Shown: piece by piece, positions 54,801-64,000 of the stretch
Layout: the number at the start of each line of letters is the position of its first letter
How positions within the stretch are numbered: the first letter of the stretch is position 1
Assembly: GCA_964035545.1 (NCBI GenBank)
Contig: OZ037765.1
Span: 17,174,995-17,238,994, forward strand
From: Bugula neritina
Taxonomy: Eukaryota; Animalia; Bryozoa
Direction of reading: 5' to 3'
Length of the DNA stretch: 64,000 nucleotides
Made by a program: the position numbers and the translations under genes
Notes under the pieces: model-generated
Database searches by the model: none
The model's input: only the letters and a program-made list of their open reading frames with translations
Told to the model about the DNA's origin: nothing

Positions 54801-57800
54801 TGCATAGATTAATGAAGAGTGTATCAGGAGCAAACAGTGTGCACTGCAGTACTCTATTATACTATCACAACAGAAGCAAGATATTTAGCAGTGATTTCAG
54901 ATATATTGTGTCTTGGCCAGTCTCGTGTGTTCGCAGTAGAGTCACGTGATTTTAGTTCTGCCTAACTTAGAAGGCCAGTGAGATTGCACCGGAGAACTCT
55001 CTAACCTGATTGGTTCAAATTGTAATGTAGGTGTATAAATGAGAACAAGTTGTATAATAAATTATTACAAACATGATTACCTGAACTTCGCTTTCAATTT
55101 TGTTCTCATAATCTTTAATCTTCTCTTTCAGCTGCTTGATTGTTAACTCTGAAACAATGAAATTAGTCAGTTTTCCATAAAAAGGTGTAAGCTACACAAA
55201 TTATTATAGGATAAGTTTTATAAAATTGTATAAATATAATTTCCAAGCAAATTTAGCATCGAACCTTGACTTTTCACTTCAGCAAATTCACTGTTATACT
55301 CTGCAAGCGTTTCTCTTAGCTTAGTGTTCTCTATCTCATAGTCAGACAGTCTTGTCACCAGCTTCTGGTGTGATAGTGCTTGCTCAAATGCAGGTAAAGG
55401 GTCTACATAACAAGATAAAAGGTATAATTACCTGCAGTGTACATAAGTGATTCACTATTAGTAGCTTAGACCAAAGAAAGGGACGCTACCTACTGTTTAT
55501 AATGAATATCATTATCAATCAATAATGCTATTGACTGCATAGGCTACTGATTAAACCCATGAATTCACTCTTTCTCTCTACTGCTGGTAAACAATATAAT
55601 TATTTTGATGCTATCTCTTAGCTCTCTATCAGCTACACAAAGCAGGCTTGCTACTCTGGTGAGCCACCAATTCATGTATTCTTCTTGCTCAATCGATGTT
55701 CAAAAATCAAATCAACCCACACAATAAGCTTATTTAGATAAATATTTTATAAACTAACAAAAAAAAACACGACCATCAAAATTATTCCATCATAATTTTA
55801 TACAACTACAACCATTACTTTTAACATAATGCTGAACTTGCAGATGTGTACTTGCTTTATTAAAGCTGCACAAAGAGTAAACAACACCAACCTGGCACAT
55901 CTATCAGCCTTTTATAAATATTAAGAAAGGCAGCTTCGGCGGCTTTGCTTCTTTTAGACAATGAATCAATCTCCACCTGGAAGCTCTTCAAGAGAGGCGC
56001 TACCTGCTTCCTCACCTCCTGAGACAGACAAAAGGTGAAATAATTCTTTAACCAATATACAAAACACCCCCAAAAGGCATATACTTCAATTATAGCCCAG
56101 TCAACGAACACCCATCAACATTGGCTTAGTATTTCAGAGAAATAGATAGGGAATAGGATACAGAGCATGTTTCCCTCCCCGCTGACATTTTATCTGATTG
56201 TTCTCACACTGTCCATCTTCAACTAAGCAAATAATCAAGCCTGTCAAGCGATAAACCAACCAATCAATATTCTTGTGATGGAAATTATGTTAGACACTAG
56301 ATTATAGATTATAGTTGAAGCTGATTTTACAATACAAAAAGGCCAAGTGGTCTAGCCAATCAATAAAAAGCTGTAAAATCATAATTAACACGCTCTACAG
56401 GCAGCATACTCCAGCAGCTACTAAATCAAACATTATCTCAATCAAGTTATTGATCCACGAGTAAATGGCACAGCCACGTCTGAACTTAAGTTCGGATCAA
56501 TAAAATAGTGCAAAATAAAAAAGTAGAAACCAAAATAATGTGTGCACTAACGAAAAATATTAAAAAATAACTTTTCGACCAACCTCTGCAGTAACTTTTT
56601 TAAATTCTCTGCTCTGTTCAACTAGCCTCTTTCTAGAACTATCACTTTCGTCTTGTCTAGTCGCAAGATCATTGGCTGTAACATCCAGTTCTTGCTGCAA
56701 ACACAAATAATTTGATTGGTGAAACTTAATAACCAGTGTATATATTATGTTGATGACAATAGGAACTGTATTACAATCAGAACAAGAAGATAAAAGGGCA
56801 TTTACTCCTTCTAACCGGCAGGTTGGATATGTAATATTTATAGAAAGAATAGAGATTATTAATGTAGGCATATGAAATAATCATAATATAACATTGTAAA
56901 CTCAAAAACCCTATAGACTATCAACATAATAGTATCCTATAAGTATATTTGTGCTGACAGGACAAAACTGGAACACCTAAATTATAGACAGAGGTGACAT
57001 AGAATAGCATTGAATCATCTCAGCTTGACAGATATCATAAAAACCAGTCAGCATTTTTGGCCAAGGTGGCCCACAGCAAGAGCTGACTTTATTAATGAAA
57101 ACAGATAGGCACTAATTGAATGATTTATTAGTATATTAGTCACCAGCCAACTCAATAGCAACTATGGGGCAAAGTATTTATGTTTGATTAAAACAATGGC
57201 CCCCACAAGGCTCAAATTACTTGACAGTGGAGTTGCCAATTAATGATCATTCAAAACAACCATCAGACTGCAGAGGTATAATTCACTTTATTGACTATTT
57301 CCCACGTAGATGACCTATTCACATGAAATCAATATGCAGTAAAGTAAGGTAAAGCCAAATCTGTTAGAGCCCCATTAATGGCATATCATGTAACAGCAAA
57401 TACCTAGAGGAAATAGCTCAAGTCCCTGTGGTGCCCAAGCAGAAAAATTAAAATAGCAAATATTATGAGCAGACGAGGTGATGAAAAAAGAAGCAATTAG
57501 AAAATTGTGAATATTGATAAGATTATCACATTTTATAATCTGGAATGTTGTCTGGACACGAACTGTTAACTTTATTTAAAGCATCTTCAGAAAAATCGAG
57601 AGTTTTTAAATTCACTCAGTCATTCATATTTAGTTTTCATGAAAGAAGAGGTAATTTTGACAGCACTTCCAGTTTCAACAGCCGAGTCAAAACTCAAAAG
57701 CTGCAGCACACTTTACCCTTATGCAAATACTTTCATCAAGACAGCAACGCCTGGCCTACCAAATTATCTCAAGACAGCCATTATAAGGATTTGCTTATTA

Positions 57801-60734
57801 TCAAATTAAAAATTAAATTCTTTTTGAAGTGTAAGTAATATATGTATATATATGAAAATATAATATTAATAATTCAGTAGAAGCATATGGATAATTTCTA
57901 TCACACATTTATAGATATTATTTATTTACAAAAATCATAAATATTGGATTCAGTGTAACAGCTATTATTGAATGACCTATCAGGAATATAGAAGCAGGGA
58001 AATGTTTCTAGCTATTGGGAAGCAAGAGTCTCAATATATGAGGGAAGGACAAGATTTCCACAGTATAGAATAATCCCCCATTATGTTGTCATAAAACCTA
58101 TAGTCTTAAAATTACACCAAACAGTTATGCAATATATCAAAGCTCATCAATTCTAATTAAAATTGACGGAGTTAAAATGTTGAAAATAGAGAGTAGCAGC
58201 AGAATAAAATTTACTATTATAAGCATACACAGGCATAACTATTTGGCACTATCCCATTAATTTTTTTTTCAAAATAAAAAACAACACAATGATTCTATAT
58301 TGCTTTACAAAAATACTTATAAAATTTTAATTGAATACTTTAAAATTGGTTTTTACATACAGCTATCGATACAAATCTCAAATCATTTCACATCACTTTG
58401 TCAGAAAACTTATGAATATGTTACAAAACAGCAGAGATTATAAACAAACCACACGGGATAAATGTGTTGATAATGAAAACTACAGAAAGGATTAAAGACT
58501 GATTTCAAAAATGAATGGAAATTTAGTGATATAATCAAACACATCCAACCTTACATTTAATGCTAATTACCTTTCCAGAAAACTGCACCCACAGTATGTA
58601 ATAATTAATAAAATTAAAATGATACCAATAGTCAAATTATTAAAAAATGGTATGTTGCTGACAATAACCGTCTACTTGTTACTTTATTTAGTTCATTTCA
58701 TTATTGAACATAGTCTATAGTCAATTTCTTCAACACATTTAAGCATGGCTTTTAAGATATTGATTCAAGAGGTTTGAATGTATTATATTTTACAGATCAC
58801 TACAAACCAGCACACTGCTACTATAGCAAATACTTTAGTCTATAAGTTTTTATAAAAGCAGATTTACATATTGATACAATGCTCAAAGGTATATTGGATT
58901 ACAACTGCATATATAACAGAAAACTTGACAGGGCAATAATTAAAATTTAACTAAGCATGAGAAAAGATATACTTTTATGCTTTCACTATACCTAAAAAAC
59001 TCGATTTTATACATCACCAAAAATATTAGAGCAAATTAGCAAGTATATCTACATTAGCAGATAAAAATGTAAGTTAAACATATTGACAATACTCAAATGC
59101 TAATATTGTGATTGATAACTGACAAGCTTGAACCATTGTTATCAAGTGATAAACACAATCCCATTTCAAAACCAAATGGTAAAATTAAATGTGACAAAAA
59201 TTATTGGATTCAACTGTAAAATAATATAAATTGTGAACAAGTCAAATGAAATAGGAAATTTTCAACATAAAGATAACTTTCGAAAATAAACATAATAATA
59301 ATCAATTTATTGGCAAACAATGAAAATGATCAAAAGCCCCATACTAATTGTAATGATAACAAATTTTATTTATATTTTTGATTAGAGAAGAAGCTTAAGC
59401 TTATTTCATTAGTCAAATAAATCCTAATTATAGCTGATAACCTCCTTGGGTTTTTCAGTGACCAAATATTTTCCGGACAAGATGAAGATCAATAAAAAAA
59501 ATTACTTGTAAAACAATAATTATAACTCAAAACTTAGGAATAACTAAACCAACCAAAGGACGAACATGAGCGACTTGAGCAGTAAGTTTAAATTTCGATA
59601 GAGTCTAAATAATTTTAAAAGTAGACAAAAAAGTTGAAACTGGACTTGATGCCGGTAGATAAAGTATAAATAGCAAAACAAGTATTTCAACTAAACATAA
59701 TACTTATACTGTATAATTATACTTATAATAATACTAATAGATGTGTTCAAAATTATGATATTAGTTCTACTATTTGTTTAACAGCATTGATGCTCAGAGT
59801 GAGAGTTAGTGCTGGTACCTATAGCCTTAGTGCTTGGGCTATATTCATACTAAGTATGAGATAGGTTATCAGGTTACTCATAATGGTACTCATAGTGATG
59901 GTGACTATTGCTATGACTAAGATTTAAAGCTATCAATATCAGTATCAGTATCAGTATCACTGTAATTTAAATTATAATAGTCATAGTGATAAACTCATGC
60001 TCATAGCGATGCTGCATTACGATACTGAGCCTGATACTTCTACTAAGAGTAAGTCTAATACAATTATCAATAGACATACAGTATGATTGTGAACATCAGT
60101 ATGAGTGTGTGTATGAGCATTGGTAAGTCAATTACTCAATAACATCACATCAAGTTCAACTAACTCTAAGACTTAGAAATAGAAGTAAGACACTCACACT
60201 GACTCTGAATCTGGTACAGTGATAGTGACTGTGATACTGATAGTGATAGCAAAAAAGTTTTGAGATTGAGATTCTATTAACTATTAGGTGATTAGGTTTA
60301 ACAAATACAATTGTAAATTAAGTTTGACTAACGCTTGCACGAACACTGACACTCTAACTGTCTAACAGGAAGTCACAGTATAACACTAACATTGTTAGTA
60401 ACACTAACGGTCACTCTCAGTGACTCAGTAACTGTAAGACTAAGTCACTAACTCTAAGAGTAAGAGTAATTCTGTTGACTCTTGTCGTTGACTTCGAGTA
60501 ACACTAACAGACACAGTAAGTCAAAGTGTAACTCAAACTGAAAGTGAATGAGTGATTCAGTAAAACTGTAAGCCATGCCCAGTTGCTGATAGTGATTTTC
60601 ATTCATTATCAAAATCATATATTATCAATAAAGTAAATTTTAATATATAATACATAATTTCGAAACGTTACCTGTAGACTCAATAAATCGAATGATTTCC
60701 AGTACTGAGTATGCGACTGCAAATCAGCAGCCAT
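36869..60734 (-). CDS. CASP: CASP (CUX1 alternatively spliced product; Golgi coiled-coil golgin with C-terminal TM), ~667 aa, 18 exons
   Basis: Shared exons 60734-60672, 56694-56584, 56018-55892, 55402-55265, 55148-55081, 54370-54238, 52248-52182, 51618-51570, 50861-50697, 49663-49482, 49114-48966. CASP-specific exons 40076-39940, 39341-39189, 38910-38692, 38174-38118, 37526-37446, 37314-37259, 36917-36869. Total 2004 nt. Motifs [57 protein letters not shown] and FAEHM. Confidence 0.93.
40654..40659 (-). terminator. Likely poly(A) signal of the CUX isoform (inside the CASP intron)
   Basis: AATAAA on the minus strand, followed by GT/T-rich sequence (GTACTGTGTAGCC...TTGTGTTTG...TTTTTTGTG), ~1.6 kb after the CUX stop and ~580 bp before the CASP acceptor at 40076. 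Another candidate lies near 41200. Confidence 0.45.
42259..60734 (-). CDS. CUX1: Cut-like homeobox transcription factor (coiled coil + 3 CUT repeats + homeodomain), ~1278 aa, 20 exons
   Basis: The same 11 shared exons, then 47982-47810, 47678-47435 (CUT1), 46714-46527, 46391-46167, 46030-45737, 45539-45272 (CUT2), 44786-44547 and 43621-43478 (CUT3), 43067-42259 (homeodomain KKARYSFT...NWFHNHRMR with His50; ends DWEF*). Total 3837 nt with consistent phases. Confidence 0.95.
59700..60600. repeat. Hexamer-periodic low-complexity tract, CUX1/CASP intron 1
   Basis: e.g. ATCAGT ATCAGT ATCAGT ATCACT; GATAGT GACTGT GATACT GATAGT; TAACAC TAACAT..TAACAC TAACGG. Confidence 0.7.
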
Positions 60735-60958
60735 TTTTAGGCAATGCCTAGCATTGAAGTTGTGTACTACCACGTGACCAGACAAATCAGGGCGTGGTGT
60801 GAGTGCTGTTGTTTACAGTCTTAAATAACGATTATTTATTGAAATCAAATAATTTTTACTGTTTGTAATTTTTTGAATTTGTTTAAATTTATTTATTATT
60901 TTAATGAATATAAATATACTTAATCTGCTTTTTTCCTCACAACATTTATTTTTGAAAA
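60735..60958. promoter_or_regulatory. Compact bidirectional promoter CUX1/CASP - NUP88
   Basis: 224 bp between divergent ATGs. E-box CACGTGAC at 60771-60778, GGGCGTGG (Sp/KLF-type) at 60790-60797, YY1-like AAAATGGC overlapping both start codons, and palindrome TAGGCA-A-TGCCTA at 60738-60750. Confidence 0.7.
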
Positions 60959-63892
60959 ATGGCGGCCTCCTCACTAATGTCCTCTTGCGTTTATAGCCAG
61001 TTAAACAACTTTTCTACACTATTTCAAAAAGCTCTATCAGTTTCTAGTGATGTCACCCATGCCGAGTCAATTCTTGTATCAAGTAAAGATGTATTACTTG
61101 TATGGGATAATTTTAGTAGCTGCTTCCGTGTAACTCTTGCAAATGCTAAGCCGACGACGCCCTTGCAGGTAAGCCCGAGCTGCCAGTCTCAGTCTGACTC
61201 TCGCTCTCGGAGTGAGAGTCACTGTCAGAGTTGGTACAGAATGACTGAATAGTGAATGAGCAAACTTGAAGTGAAATTTGAACTAAGACGGCAATACAAG
61301 ATGCGACTCACTTAGACCTTCGAACGTGCAGTTAGTGTTAGTGTTACTGTTATAATTGTTAGTTCTAATAAATTATTACAATAAATATAATATTATCATA
61401 AAAAGATATTAGATTGAGTTGTATTTATTAGTCATTAAAGGCTAAAAATAAGTTTGATGCTCACAGTAACTTGTGAAGTTAAAACAAAACTAAACATTAA
61501 GCGAAATTAGCTCAAAACCTCAAATAGTAGTACTCATACTGTAGCCAACAGAAACCGAAAGTCACAGTGAAATGATCAATAGAAAACAATGTGATGCACT
61601 ACATCAAGTCGTACGTACTCTCGATCTTGTAGTTGCAAGCCCCATAATTTGATGTTCAGTCTTTAGAGTAAGTCAGTAACTGCAAATAAGTCACCTAATA
61701 ACTTAATAAATTAATGGCTAAATGAGGATTTTTCTCTTTTCGAGTTGTGAACTGCTTCAACGATAACTATGAGACTATGAGTGAACTTTACTGTATAGGA
61801 ATACTAAGTAATGACCATATAATTATATGGCTGGGATAGAATCTCAAAGTCAGTGTGTCTGCAATTTGCCTAAAAAGTTCCTCTGCGAGTAAAAATAGTT
61901 TGCGAAATGCTTAAGTGCGCCGCCACGTTTATGGCTACCAGAGAAAAACTAACTAGTCTATAACTACTTTTTCCCAGATATATTATGACAGCTCTAGTTT
62001 AGCTGTTCAAGTTTACATTTCATCACCAAATTTATCTAAAGGAAATTCAATCTGTTCTGTAATGAAAAAAATTACTGAAAAGCTTGTTGAAAACCGCAAA
62101 GTTTTAGAAACCAAATATTATTTGGTAATAATTTAAACTATTGTAGCAACTCATTTCACTATTTCAATTTTTTTATTTCAGACGAAATAATTTTTTTTTT
62201 CTTTTGTAGACACTGCTCTGCTCCAACCCTCCCCTATTCCCGGTTAAATCTGTAATACTCAACTCCGTAGAAGAGCATGTTGCGCTCGTGGGAGACAAGG
62301 GTGTTGCAATCATGCAGATGCCTTCCAAATATGGTTCTGACCAACTGTTTGAAAATGGAAAAGAAAAAATACTGTGCAGGTAAGAACTTTACTTCTACTC
62401 TTTATAGTACTAACAGCGTAAAACTGAAGCACTTTGAGCTAATAGTGAAAAGATGATTATTTCTGTCAGTGTATGCTGCATACTGTGAATCACCAAGGTG
62501 CCTAAACTTCATTATACAACACTTTCTCGCTGCAATAATTAAACTCAACTCAGTCTGTTCAGTTGTTCCCAGCAGTATGCTCATTATTTTTGTGAGGATT
62601 GGAGATGTGTAAAGATAAATTGCGCTAGTAGCCATTAGTCACCTTGCCCCCCCCCCCCAAGTTGCAGTTGAATGAAGACTGTCATCAGCTGGGTTTGTGT
62701 CATGATTAAAGTCTACATGGTTTTCTTTTGCATGTGCTATAACCTGATAATGAAAATACATACAAATCTGCTAAATGCATAAGATCTTTCTTAATATTTT
62801 AAAATATCAACACTCTTCGCAGTGAAAAAAAGTTTTTACGTGTAATTTGTAGCGACTTTCATTTACAAAGTCATTTCTATGCTTATTTTGTCATGTTTTG
62901 CAGGTCACTTATGATAGACGAGAGATATTTTTGCAGTCACCACCAGGAAAAGGTCATGAAGACGTTGTGGCATCCAGGCTCTCCTAATTTCTCAATTCTC
63001 TGTGTGCTCACTTCAGATAATACTCTCAGGTAGATGATTGTTTGTCTCATGAACTTCCCAAAATTAGCTACTCGTGTTAACATTTTTAGTTTTTTGTTTT
63101 TCACAGTTTTACGTTGCTTACTATCAACTTTGATGAGCAGTGCGTAGCTGTTTAGCAGTTCTATCTCATGTAGAAAAAATGTAATGTTTACTAGTATAGG
63201 AACCCTACTCTGTCACTGCTTTAACTTTCAATATCTTTTTTTATTTGCAGAATGTATAACATAGCTAAGCCTGAAAGTCCTTTTCAAACACTGTCCCTCA
63301 GCGGAGATAAATTTTCAGCAGCTTTAGAATGCTTTGTTAGCATGACCTTCGGCTCTGCCAGCTCATCCAATCAGCATTACTTAACTTGGCCTTTGTACCT
63401 ACTAACTGAGATGGGCAATGTGTTTGTTGCCAACAGCAGTGTGTGGTCTCCAGGAAGGTGATTCTACTAATTTCATTTATGCTAAAAACCTTGTCTCTGT
63501 TCATAATTTACATGCATAAAACCGCACCTGTGGAAGTAAAAATATCAACCAAGTAAATATATTAGCCATATATATATAAAACAGTAATGCAATAACATAA
63601 TTTTATTGAAAATATTTTGTACGAATGCAAGTATCAACATTTTTAAAAGTGTTAAACATTTAACATACATTTTTAACTCGCTTGACAACTAGGTTAGTAG
63701 ATTTTTTAGTGAAATACTTGCTGTAGGTTGACGTGTGAAGGACCTTTGCGGATGTTCCCAACAGCGGAAGACAACTATGGTTCTGATGCCTGTGATATTC
63801 TTCATCTGGCCAGTTCTCCAGAAGCTCTAGTTATCAGTACAGTATCGGGATCTCTCATCCATTGTGTGCTGTTACCTGGGACTACTGATGAG
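60959..63892 (+). CDS. NUP88: Nuclear pore complex protein Nup88, 5' part (continues beyond window)
   Basis: Exons 60959-61168, 62210-62379, 62904-63029, 63251-63457, 63727-63892. Motifs [34 protein letters not shown] and [18 protein letters not shown]...LIHCVLL match the Nup88 beta-propeller. Confidence 0.92.
61180..61365. repeat. Hexamer-periodic low-complexity tract, NUP88 intron 1
   Basis: CAGTCT CAGTCT GACTCT CGCTCT CGGAGT GAGAGT CACTGT CAGAGT; GTTAGT GTTAGT GTTACT GTTATA. Confidence 0.65.
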
Positions 63893-64000
63893 GTATACAT
63901 AAATATATACCTGCACCTTTAGCACTACATGTTTCATTTGTAGAGCTTATAGAAGACCCAAAACTGGAAAGGTTTGAGAAATGTTCATTCTTGGAGATAT

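Noticed and set aside
51925-62110. Possible MITE/DNA-transposon remnants (TTAAAGGTTTTCAAC near 51928, AGGTTGCCA at 54441, GTTGAAAACC near 62086)
   Set aside because: Could not pair terminal inverted repeats or find target-site duplications by eye.
63944-63971. Possible next NUP88 exon
   Set aside because: Phase-0 entry reads AGC TTA TAG (stop) and the intron would be only 51 nt; the next exon probably lies outside the window.
1-64000. CRISPR arrays, operons or other prokaryotic/viral systems
   Set aside because: No repeat-spacer arrays; all recognisable genes are metazoan, mostly with spliceosomal introns. Many track ORFs start at TTG/GTG and are artefacts of prokaryotic-style calling.

Overview
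AT-rich, intron-rich animal nuclear DNA, most likely an invertebrate bilaterian and plausibly a lophotrochozoan; the species cannot be determined from sequence alone. The ORF track mostly shows exon fragments, so I assembled genes by hand from GT-AG boundaries with phase checks. In order: (1) an orphan 10-exon secreted protein (-, 513-6578); (2) an intronless sex-peptide/MIP (Wamide) receptor GPCR (+, 9703-11133); (3) a TPD52-family gene with two alternative first coding exons (-); (4) SMIM15 (-) head-to-head with (5) TBCA (+); (6) RPAIN (+) tail-to-tail with (7) a complete CUX1/CASP dual-output locus (-, 36869-60734), in which the 3xCUT+homeodomain exons sit inside one intron of the golgin CASP; and (8) the 5' part of NUP88 (+), on a 224-bp bidirectional promoter with CUX/CASP. 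Non-coding elements include a type I hammerhead ribozyme motif (2805-2851), three copies of a tRNA-headed SINE, a tRNA-Ala-like head with an inverted partial twin, a truncated CR1-group LINE and microsatellites. A recurrent hexamer-periodic ACT/AGT-rich tract lies in the first intron of all five housekeeping genes. Gene names rest on recalled protein motifs, not database searches.
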